Below, piece after piece: positions 56,321-64,000 of a DNA stretch of 64,000 bases; position 1 is the stretch's first letter; every line of letters starts with the position of its first letter. The stretch comes from an uncultured Acidobacteriota bacterium (lineage in GTDB: Bacteria > Acidobacteriota > Vicinamibacteria > Vicinamibacterales > UBA8438), in the NCBI GenBank assembly GCA_913043225.1, contig CAJWLU010000003.1, forward strand, positions 41,143-105,142. Reading direction: 5' to 3'. The notes beneath the pieces were generated by a model. The model was given only the letters and a program-made list of their open reading frames with translations, did no database searches and had not been told where the DNA came from. The translations under genes were made by a program, and so were the position numbers.

Positions 56321-57597
56321 CGGGGATGGCAATGAGACTACAGATTGGGTTCGTGCTTCTGGTGCTGGCCGTGGGATGTGCTCCGGCGGACGACGCCGCA
56401 ACTGACGATGGGGCGATGGCGGAGACCGCCGACGGGGCGCCGGTGGATCCGGTCGCGGTCCGGCCGTTCATGATCGACGTGCCCCAGATGGTGCTCGACG
56501 ACCTCCAGACAAGGCTCGAACAGACACGGCTGCCTGACCAGCTCGACGGTGCGGGGTGGGACTATGGAACCGAGCTCGATTACTTCACCGAGTTCCTGAC
56601 CTACTGGCGCGACGAGTTCGACTGGCGCGCCGCCGAGGCCCGGTTGAATGAGTTCGATCAGTTTAAGACGGTACTGGACGGGCTCGATACTCACTTCATT
56701 CATCAGCGGTCGCCCGAGCCGGATGCCATGCCGATCATCATCACTCACGGGTGGCCTGGGTCGATCGCCGAGTTCACGAAGATCATCGGTCCGCTGACCG
56801 ACCCGGTGGCTCACGGTGGCGATGCGGCCGACGCGTTTCACGTCGTCGCGCCGTCGATGCCGGGCTACGGGTTCTCGGACAAGCCGACCCAGCGCGGCTT
56901 TGGCCCCGAGCAGATCGCCGAGGTGGGCGCCGCATTGATGGAACGGTTGGGATACGACCGCTACGGGATCCAGGGCGGCGACTGGGGCTCGATCGTCAGC
57001 CGGTGGCACGCATTCAACTATCCGGACCGGGCGCTCGGTCTCCACCTGAACATGCTGGTGGGAGGACGCCCACCGGAAGGCGAAGATCCGTCGAGTCCCG
57101 AAGAGATCGAGCGGGCGCGGTCACGTTCGTCGTTCTACAACACGGCGGAGAACGCGTACGCGCAGATCCAGGGCACGAAGCCCCAGACGGTCGGCTATGC
57201 CCTGCACGATTCGCCGTCGGGCCAAGCGGCCTGGATCGTCGAGAAGTTCAGGGCCTGGTGTGATTGTGACGGTGACGCCGGGTCGGTCTTCACCCGTGAC
57301 GAGCTGCTGACCAACATCATGATCTACTGGGTGACCGGCACCGCCACCTCGTCGGCCCGCCTCTACTACGAGAGCGGGAACGCCCCGACATCTCGCCCGA
57401 TGGGGTACATCGAGGTGCCGACTGGCGCGGCCATCTTCCCCTACGAGCTCTTCATCACTCCCCGCGCCTGGGCCGAGACCGCCTACAACATCGTGCACTG
57501 GACCGAGATGGAGCGCGGAGGCCACTTTGCGGCCATGGAGCAGCCCGAGGCGTTCGTGGAGGACCTCCGCACGTTCTTCCGGCCGCTACGAGACTGA
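56317..57597 (+). CDS. Epoxide hydrolase (microsomal-type N-terminal domain plus alpha/beta hydrolase), lipoprotein
   Basis: YWRDEFDWR, HGWPGS, PSMPGYGFS, QGGDWG and GGHFAAME; lipobox AVGC. Confidence 0.92.
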   Translation: MTGMAMRLQIGFVLLVLAVGCAPADDAATDDGAMAETADGAPVDPVAVRPFMIDVPQMVLDDLQTRLEQTRLPDQLDGAGWDYGTELDYFTEFLTYWRDEFDWRAAEARLNEFDQFKTVLDGLDTHFIHQRSPEPDAMPIIITHGWPGSIAEFTKIIGPLTDPVAHGGDAADAFHVVAPSMPGYGFSDKPTQRGFGPEQIAEVGAALMERLGYDRYGIQGGDWGSIVSRWHAFNYPDRALGLHLNMLVGGRPPEGEDPSSPEEIERARSRSSFYNTAENAYAQIQGTKPQTVGYALHDSPSGQAAWIVEKFRAWCDCDGDAGSVFTRDELLTNIMIYWVTGTATSSARLYYESGNAPTSRPMGYIEVPTGAAIFPYELFITPRAWAETAYNIVHWTEMERGGHFAAMEQPEAFVEDLRTFFRPLRD

Positions 57598-57606
57598 GGG
57601 TGCGCG

Positions 57607-58680
57607 ATGACGATGAGCCGATCGCCGAAGGTGCACGATAGCCACGGTGTTTCCCGGCGGGTCTTTCTCGGGGCGCTCGGCGCCGCGGCGGTGGCGCCGC
57701 GTGGGTTCGCACAGGGTGGGCCTCCGATTCCGGTCACGTCGATCAACCACATGACGATCAACGTCACAGATCCCGCGCGGTCGCTCAAGTGGTACCAGGG
57801 GCTCTTCGGGACGCCGATCGCGGCGCGTCAGGCCGACACCGTGGTCTTGCGAGTGGGTGACGGGCCGCAGTTTCTCGCGATCGGTGGTGGCGCGAGCGAC
57901 AACCCGCGTATCAACCATTTGTGTTTGGAGACGCCAGGGTTCGATGCGGATCGGATAGTGGGCATTCTCGAAGATCACGGCGTGTCGTCCGAACGGATGT
58001 CTGGCCCGATGTCGGTGCGGGTGCGGATGCGTGGCGCCGAGTTCGGGGGTGCTCCCGAAGGTACGCCGGAGCTCTACTTCGGCGATCCGGATGGGTTGGT
58101 GATCCAGTTGCAGGATTCGACCTACTGTGGCGGGGCCGGCGTGATGGGGGAGGAATGCCTCTCGACGCCCGAGCTGGCGCCGACCGCTGGACTACTCTCG
58201 CTTGGCGAGTACAACCATTTTACGCTGTTCGTGACTGATGCCGAGCGTTCGATTGCGCTTTATCAGCGGCTATTTGGCATGCCGATCGACACCTACCAGG
58301 GCGCACTTCCGGTGCTGCGGGTCGGGCAAGGCCGGCAGTTTCTCGCGTTGGCTGGTGCTGGCCGCGGTCCGACCGGGCCGATCATCCACCACGCTAGCCT
58401 GAGCGTGGCGGACTTCGACGTCGACCGGATCTTCGGCGTGTTGGAGGACTACGGGCTTGAGGTCCTGGGTGAGGGTGGGGCTGCGAGTGGTCCGTTACAG
58501 ACGTACGTGACTATGCGGGGGCCGGAGAGGGGCGGCGCCGAGGGTGGCACGCCCGAGCTGTACTTCACCGATCCTGACGGGATCCTGATTCAGCTCCAGG
58601 ATCCTAGCTACTGCGGTGGGAACGGCTATCTCGGTGAGGACTGCGGTACGGTCGAGAACCCGACCGGTCGCAACGCGTGA
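57607..58680 (+). CDS. Tat-exported tandem VOC/glyoxalase-family protein
   Basis: SRRVFLG; two homologous halves NH..WYQ/LYQ.LFG..H..TPELYF.DPDG..IQLQD..YCGG.G..GE.C. Confidence 0.85.
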   Translation: MTMSRSPKVHDSHGVSRRVFLGALGAAAVAPRGFAQGGPPIPVTSINHMTINVTDPARSLKWYQGLFGTPIAARQADTVVLRVGDGPQFLAIGGGASDNPRINHLCLETPGFDADRIVGILEDHGVSSERMSGPMSVRVRMRGAEFGGAPEGTPELYFGDPDGLVIQLQDSTYCGGAGVMGEECLSTPELAPTAGLLSLGEYNHFTLFVTDAERSIALYQRLFGMPIDTYQGALPVLRVGQGRQFLALAGAGRGPTGPIIHHASLSVADFDVDRIFGVLEDYGLEVLGEGGAASGPLQTYVTMRGPERGGAEGGTPELYFTDPDGILIQLQDPSYCGGNGYLGEDCGTVENPTGRNA

Positions 58681-58726
58681 GCACCGGGGTGGGAACGACG
58701 ATCGCCGGCGGGGAGAGGATGAGGCG

Positions 58727-59455
58727 ATGACGGTGCCGTTCGGTGGACTAGCGGGATGGGCGTTCTGGTTGGCTGCGGCCGGCGCCGTCTTGGTGATAGG
58801 CGGGCCGGTCTTGCATCGGCTTGGTGTCTTGGGACTCGGCCCGGCGTTGCTGGCCGTGCCGCTCGGGGGGTTCCTGTCGTTGCTGGCCGTGATTCTCACG
58901 GCGTTCATCTTCGTCGGCGGGCGCCCGATGCCGGCTGGTCGGACGCCGACCCTCGCGGCCGCCGGGCTCGCCATCCTCACCGGCGTCGTGCCCTTGATGC
59001 TGGTGGTGCCCGGTTTCGGCGTGCCTCAGATCCATGACATTACGACCGACCCGGACGATCCCCCGCGGTTCCTGGCGGTGATGCCGCTCCGGGGTGAGAC
59101 CGCCAACTCTCTCGATTACCCGCCCGAGACGGCTCGCGCTCAGCGTGAGGGCTATTCCGACCTGAGCACGGTCACGATGTCCGGCGAGCCGGCGGCCCTG
59201 GTCGAGCGCTCGCGTGAGGTTGCTGCCGAACTAGGGTGGGACATCGTCGATGTCGACCCGGAGGGAGGGCGCCTTGAGGCGTCAGAGACGACTTTCTGGT
59301 TCGGGTTCATCGACGATGTCGTGGTTCGTATCCGTCCCGCTGGCGGGGGAAGCGAAATCGACGTCAGATCAGTTTCCAGGGTCGGTGTCAGCGACCTTGG
59401 TGCTAACGCGGCCAGAATCCGCCGCTTTATCGACCGTCTCCAGTCCAGCTCCTAG
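58727..59455 (+). CDS. DUF1499-domain membrane protein
   Basis: Three N-terminal TM segments; PQIHDITTD, TFWFGFIDDVVVRI and DVRSVSRVGVSDLGANAARI. Confidence 0.85.
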   Translation: MTVPFGGLAGWAFWLAAAGAVLVIGGPVLHRLGVLGLGPALLAVPLGGFLSLLAVILTAFIFVGGRPMPAGRTPTLAAAGLAILTGVVPLMLVVPGFGVPQIHDITTDPDDPPRFLAVMPLRGETANSLDYPPETARAQREGYSDLSTVTMSGEPAALVERSREVAAELGWDIVDVDPEGGRLEASETTFWFGFIDDVVVRIRPAGGGSEIDVRSVSRVGVSDLGANAARIRRFIDRLQSSS

Positions 59456-59463
59456 TACTCCCA

Positions 59464-59485
59464 TGGGGCTTCGCCCCAAACCCCA
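59464..59485. repeat. REP-like palindrome TGGGGC-TTC-GCCCCA followed by AACCCCA
   Basis: 6-bp stem hairpin 8 nt after a stop codon, with a second CCCCA allowing alternative pairing; single copy in the window. Confidence 0.5.
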
Positions 59486-59672
59486 CGCGGCGCTAACGGG
59501 CGGAACGTTTGACCCCGCGTGCCTCTCGCAGGATGTCCCGCAACCCCCGGTTTCCCTCATGACGGGCGAACCGGTTGCGTTGTCTGGGGAGCGGCATTGT
59601 GCTCCCGAGGTGTCGGGCTATCCCCCGAGGGTGATTCCGGGGCAGAATAGCGGACCGAACACGGGCTTCCGC

Positions 59673-60011
59673 ATGCGATGCAGTGATGAGCGGGTCGAAG
59701 GGGATGTCGTGGTCCTGTCGTTGGCGGTCCAGGGGCTGGGTGACTTGGCGGCTGGCGTCACAGAGTGGGTGCGAGATCTCGCCTCTGACGGCCATCGCCG
59801 GTTCGTGTTGAATCTCGACGGGCTGGCGGGGCTGGACAGCCATGCGCTTGGCGATCTGGTGGCCAGCCAGCAGGCGGCGGAGACGGTGGGTGCCCGGGTG
59901 GCGCTCTGCAAAGTCCATCCCTATGTGTCCGAGCCGCTGGCGATTATGAACGTGGCTTCGCTCTTCGACACCTTCGAGACGGTGCAGGACGCCGTCCGCG
60001 GTCTTTCCTGA
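59673..60011 (+). CDS. STAS-domain protein (anti-sigma factor antagonist-like)
   Basis: 112 aa; FVLNLDGLAGLDSHALGDLV (phospho-Ser region) and LFDTFETVQDAV. Confidence 0.75.
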   Translation: MRCSDERVEGDVVVLSLAVQGLGDLAAGVTEWVRDLASDGHRRFVLNLDGLAGLDSHALGDLVASQQAAETVGARVALCKVHPYVSEPLAIMNVASLFDTFETVQDAVRGLS

Positions 60012-60028
60012 CCACCTGGCGTCCGGCG

Positions 60029-61828
60029 ATGTCCTTTCCAGACTTGCGCGCGTTCCTCGACCAACTCCGCCGTGACGGCGATCTCGTCGAGGTGGGGGCC
60101 GAGGTCGATCCTGTCCAGGAGGCGGCCGAGATCCATCGCCGGGTAGTGGCGGCTGGGGGGCCGGCGCTGCTGTTTACCCGTCCCTCCGGTGCGGACTTCC
60201 CGCTGGTCACCAACCTGTTCGGCACGGCTCGGCGAGCTGAGCTCGCGTTCGGCGAGCGGCCACAGGGGTTCATCCGGCGACTGGTCGAGACGGTCGAGAC
60301 GGCGCTACCACCAACCATCGGGAGTCTCTGGGGCGCGCGGGACGTCGCGGCCCAGGTGCTGAAGGTCGGCCTCCGCCGAGGCCGGCGAGGACCGGTGACC
60401 GAAGTAGTCACCGACGACGTGCGGCTGGACCGTCTGCCGGCGTTGACGACGTGGCCCGAGGATGGCGGCCCTTTCATCACGCTGCCGCTGGTCTTCACTG
60501 AGCATCCCGATGGTCGAGGACACAACCTCGGCATGTATCGACTGCAGGTGCACGATGCCACCGCAACCGGCATGCATTGGCAGATTGGCAAGGGCGGCGG
60601 ATTTCACTACCGGGTGGCCGAGGGCCGTGGCGAGTCGCTTCCGGTCACGGTGTTTCTCGGCGGTCCGCCGGCGTTGACGCTGGCCGCCATCGCGCCACTG
60701 CCCGAGAACGTACCGGAGTTGTTACTGGCGTCGTTGATCGCCGGTGAGCGACTCGGCCTGGTTGAGGGTGTGGGTCCGCACCCCTTGGTCGCCCGCGCGG
60801 AGTTCGCGCTCATGGGCAGCGTCGCTCCCCTCATCCGCCGCCCGGAGGGTCCCTTCGGCGATCACTACGGCTACTACTCACTAACGCACGATTATCCGGT
60901 CTTCCAAGTATCGAGGATCGCACGTCGCCGTGACGCGATCTTCCCTGCCACGGTCGTGGGCAAGCCTCGTCAGGAGGACTTCTTCATTGGCGACTTGCTG
61001 CAGGATCTCCTTTCCCCGCTGTTCCCGCTGGTGATGCCAGGCGTGACGGACCTCTGGTCCTACGGCGAAACGGGCTATCACTCCTTGTCGGCGGCGGTCG
61101 TGAAGCAGCGGTATGCGCGCGAGGCGATGGCGAGTGCATTCCGTATCCTGGGCGAGGGGCAGCTGTCACTGACCAAGTTTCTGCTCGTTACTGACCAGCC
61201 GGTCGACCTGAAGGACTTCAGAGCGACGCTCGAGCATCTGCTGGCCAGGACCAATACCGAGACGGACCTTTACGTGTTCTCCAATTTGTCCATGGACACC
61301 CTGGACTACACCGGTCCGGAGGTAAACCTGGGGTCGAAGGGGATCTGGCTGGGACTTGGCGAGCCCGTGCGTTCGCTCCCGGAACAATTCTCGGCATCGG
61401 AGCTGCCGTCCGGTTGCGGGTCGGTGGAGGTTTTCTGCCGAGGGTGCCTCGTCGTTGGGGGCCCGCCGAAGGCCGATGATCCGGACCTGGCTAGTCGGGT
61501 CGCCAGCCATCCGGCCTTCGCCGACTGGCCCCTGGTGGTGTTGACCGACGAGCCGGCACGGGCGGTCCGAAGCGCGATGAATTTCCTGTGGACGACCTTC
61601 ACCCGGTTCGAGCCGGCCGCCGACGTGCATGCGGCAGCAACCCGGGTTGTTCGTAATCATCTGGTGTACACCGCGCCGATCGTGATCGACGCTCGTCTCG
61701 CGCCTAGCTTCCCCGGGGAGTTGCACTGCGATCCGGAGGTCGCTGATACGGTGTCGACCCGCTGGAAGGAGTACTTTCCTGATGGCCGGGTCGAGATGGG
61801 CGACGCCGAGCGCGGCCACCTCGATTGA
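60029..61828 (+). CDS. ubiD: UbiD-family prFMN-dependent decarboxylase (long form)
   Basis: DLRAFL..L, PLVTNLFG, WPEDGGPFITLP, NLGMYRLQ, EGPFGDHYGYYS, VVGKPRQED and DTLDY. Confidence 0.9.
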   Translation: MSFPDLRAFLDQLRRDGDLVEVGAEVDPVQEAAEIHRRVVAAGGPALLFTRPSGADFPLVTNLFGTARRAELAFGERPQGFIRRLVETVETALPPTIGSLWGARDVAAQVLKVGLRRGRRGPVTEVVTDDVRLDRLPALTTWPEDGGPFITLPLVFTEHPDGRGHNLGMYRLQVHDATATGMHWQIGKGGGFHYRVAEGRGESLPVTVFLGGPPALTLAAIAPLPENVPELLLASLIAGERLGLVEGVGPHPLVARAEFALMGSVAPLIRRPEGPFGDHYGYYSLTHDYPVFQVSRIARRRDAIFPATVVGKPRQEDFFIGDLLQDLLSPLFPLVMPGVTDLWSYGETGYHSLSAAVVKQRYAREAMASAFRILGEGQLSLTKFLLVTDQPVDLKDFRATLEHLLARTNTETDLYVFSNLSMDTLDYTGPEVNLGSKGIWLGLGEPVRSLPEQFSASELPSGCGSVEVFCRGCLVVGGPPKADDPDLASRVASHPAFADWPLVVLTDEPARAVRSAMNFLWTTFTRFEPAADVHAAATRVVRNHLVYTAPIVIDARLAPSFPGELHCDPEVADTVSTRWKEYFPDGRVEMGDAERGHLD

Positions 61829-61869
61829 TCCGGCTGGACAACCCCAAGCGCCGGCAGTAGGGTCGATAC

Positions 61870-62361
61870 ATGGGTGCGCTCGCGATCCGCACGGTTCTAG
61901 TCACGGCCGGATTCCTTGCCGCGCTGGTTGGTTCGGCAGCCGCACAGCAGGATCTGGAGATCGAGAACCTTGAGGGGGTTCGCGAAGTCAACGTCGTGGT
62001 CGAGGATCTGGCCGACGACGCTGAGGATGCCGGTCTGACCCGCCGGGGCCTGCAGAACGCCGCCGAGGCAGCGCTCGAGGGCTGTGGCATCGAGATCGGC
62101 GGAAGCTCAGCCGACCTGTACATCAACGTCGCCACGCACCAGGGGGCGACCGGACTCTACGCCTACTATGCCCGGGTATCTCTCCAGCAGATGGCGACGA
62201 TCGAGGGCAACCAGCTCCGTGCGCTGCTTGATACGTGGGATATGGCGAGCCTGGGCGCGGTTGGTGGCGCCAATCTCCCGCAGGTCGAGGGCGTGGTTGT
62301 GCAGCTCGTGGAGCTGTTTTGCGACCAGTACTTCGAGATTAACGAGCCACGCGCGCGGTGA
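61870..62361 (+). CDS. Secreted hypothetical protein
   Basis: Signal ending AAAQ; acidic alpha/beta body with two Cys; codon usage typical of the window. Confidence 0.7.
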   Translation: MGALAIRTVLVTAGFLAALVGSAAAQQDLEIENLEGVREVNVVVEDLADDAEDAGLTRRGLQNAAEAALEGCGIEIGGSSADLYINVATHQGATGLYAYYARVSLQQMATIEGNQLRALLDTWDMASLGAVGGANLPQVEGVVVQLVELFCDQYFEINEPRAR

Positions 62362-62464
62362 GTCGAGCGTCCGTCGAACCTTTTGAGGCGCTATGATTGT
62401 CTTCATTGAGAGTTGTGCGACGCTGGCGACGTTTGTTCACCGCCTTTCATTGACGGAGAGATTC

Positions 62465-63784
62465 ATGCTGAATCATGGTGTGGCCTTGGCCCTCGCGCTG
62501 GCGGTTGTCGTTGGTGTCCCGTCGTTCGGTGTGGCTCAGGAAGTTACCTTTACCGCACACGTTGCTCCGATCTTCTTTGAGAATTGCACGACCTGCCATC
62601 GACCGGGCCAGGTAGGGCCGATGTCCCTGCTGACCTACGAAGACGCGCGCCCGTGGGCTCGTTCGATCAAGCAGAAGGTGGCGGACCGGGACATGCCTCC
62701 GTGGGACGCCGACCCAGCGGTTGGCACGTTCGCCAACGACCGGAGCTTGAGCGACGACGAGATCGAGACGATCATCGCTTGGGCCGACGCCGGGGCTCCC
62801 CGCGGTGACGCGGCGGTCACGCCGGCCGCGCCGTCGTATGCGGACAGCCACTGGACGATCGGCGAGCCGGATGCGGTGTTTAGTATTCCGCCGTTCGAAG
62901 TGCCAGCCGAGGGGACGGTCGACTACACCTATTTCGAGGTGCCGACCAATCTGACCGAGGATAAATGGGTTCAGGCGATCGAAGTCAAGCCGGGTGCGAT
63001 GGCCGCAGTCCACCATATCATCGTCACCCAGCGTGCCGAGTTGAGTGAGGAAGAGATCGCCGAGCTGCGTCACTTTGACCCGGGCATCCGGCTCGACCGC
63101 GAACTGCTGCCGGGACGCGAGATCGAGTGGAATCCCGGCGTGGTCCAGCTCGAGGGGCGGGGCAAGGGAACCCCCCTTGGCGGCACGACCGTGGGTAACG
63201 ATGGTGTCTCGGTGTTCCAACTGGGTACGGCGCGACGGCTCCGGGCCGGTACGACGCTGGTGTTCGAGGTGCACTACACCCCGACCGGAGAGACCCACAT
63301 CGACGAGTCGAAGATAGGGCTCGTGTTCACCGATGAGCCGCCGACCCAGACCGTTATGGACGGCGCTATTGTGCACGGCCAGTTCACGATTCCGCCCGGC
63401 GAGGCCAACTACAAGATCGAGGCGGATCTGACCTTCTCCAAGGACGCCAAGCTGCTCAATCTGTTGCCGCATTCGCACCTGCGCGGCGTGCGTTGGGACT
63501 ACGAGGCGGTGTATCCGGACGGGCGTCGCCAGGCAATCCTCTCGGTGCCGAGCTACGACTTCAACTGGCAGATCGACTACATCTTCGACGAGCCGATCAC
63601 GATGCCTGCCGGCTCGAAGATCCACGCCGTGGCGTACTACGACAACTCAGCGGCCAACCGCTCGAACCCCGATCCGACGGCGGAAGTGCGCTGGGGCGAG
63701 CAGACCGACGAAGAGATGTTCTTCACCGCCCTGTCCTACCTGCTCGATGAGGAGGACGCGGAGGAGACGCAGCAGGAGCAGTAG
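62465..63784 (+). CDS. Exported cytochrome c fused to a PHM/DBH-like copper monooxygenase domain
   Basis: ATG 62465 after GGAGAG; signal ending GVAQ; CTTCH and DMPPW; VHHII, EVHY, PHSHLRG, YDFNWQ and TDEEM. Confidence 0.82.
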   Translation: MLNHGVALALALAVVVGVPSFGVAQEVTFTAHVAPIFFENCTTCHRPGQVGPMSLLTYEDARPWARSIKQKVADRDMPPWDADPAVGTFANDRSLSDDEIETIIAWADAGAPRGDAAVTPAAPSYADSHWTIGEPDAVFSIPPFEVPAEGTVDYTYFEVPTNLTEDKWVQAIEVKPGAMAAVHHIIVTQRAELSEEEIAELRHFDPGIRLDRELLPGREIEWNPGVVQLEGRGKGTPLGGTTVGNDGVSVFQLGTARRLRAGTTLVFEVHYTPTGETHIDESKIGLVFTDEPPTQTVMDGAIVHGQFTIPPGEANYKIEADLTFSKDAKLLNLLPHSHLRGVRWDYEAVYPDGRRQAILSVPSYDFNWQIDYIFDEPITMPAGSKIHAVAYYDNSAANRSNPDPTAEVRWGEQTDEEMFFTALSYLLDEEDAEETQQEQ

Positions 63785-63804
63785 GTTATCTGCTGGCATG
63801 TCTT

Positions 63805-63843
63805 AGGGCCGTGTCGGTCATTGGACCGCACGGCCCTTTTCTT
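63805..63843 (+). terminator. Rho-independent terminator
   Basis: Stem AGGGCCGTG/CACGGCCCT with inner CGGTC/GACCG, followed by TTTCTT, 20 nt after the stop at 63784. Confidence 0.8.
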
Positions 63844-64000
63844 GTGCGGCGTCGTCTGCCGGATGGAATAACCGACGCCGGGTCCTAGTCTCCTTCTATA
63901 GCAATGGACGACGCCCTGGCGTTGCCTGTTGCCGGGCGCCGCAAGACGGCATGCTACTCGGTTCGAACTCAAGATACTCGATGCGGGACTCGGAGCCCGC

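Noticed and set aside
1-64000. Prophage, IS element, integron, CRISPR, tRNA/rRNA or a low-GC island
   Set aside because: No transposase, integrase, phage or cas motifs, no spaced repeats and no cloverleaf were seen; composition looks uniform by eye.

Overview
A GC-rich, densely coding bacterial window with about 55 genes and no rRNA, tRNA, CRISPR array or recognisable transposase or integrase. The gene content suggests Acidobacteriota subdivision 6 (Vicinamibacteria-like); this is inference only. Most products carry Sec, Tat or lipoprotein signals, so the window reads as a periplasmic redox and hydrolase toolkit. The main structure is a thrice-repeated module: a diheme DUF1592-family cytochrome c followed by a Tat-exported His/Cys-rich DUF1552 (HXXSHH) protein. 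Two copies have a divergent exported ankyrin gene, and each copy has a different translationally linked third gene. Other notable content includes five paralogs of an unnamed secreted family ending in E(Y/N)ACHE(G/A)NY (one fused to tandem VOC domains), a heme-c protein carrying the full PHM/DBH-type two-copper ligand set, a monoheme propeller-like protein and an orphan four-His cytochrome b. There are also two PQQ dehydrogenases, two MBOAT acyltransferases and an ANKH-like MOP transporter. Three signs of gene decay are visible: an arylsulfatase stub, an AraC stub and a 9-bp duplication inside a DinB metal motif. Family assignments come from motif recognition by eye; no database search was run.
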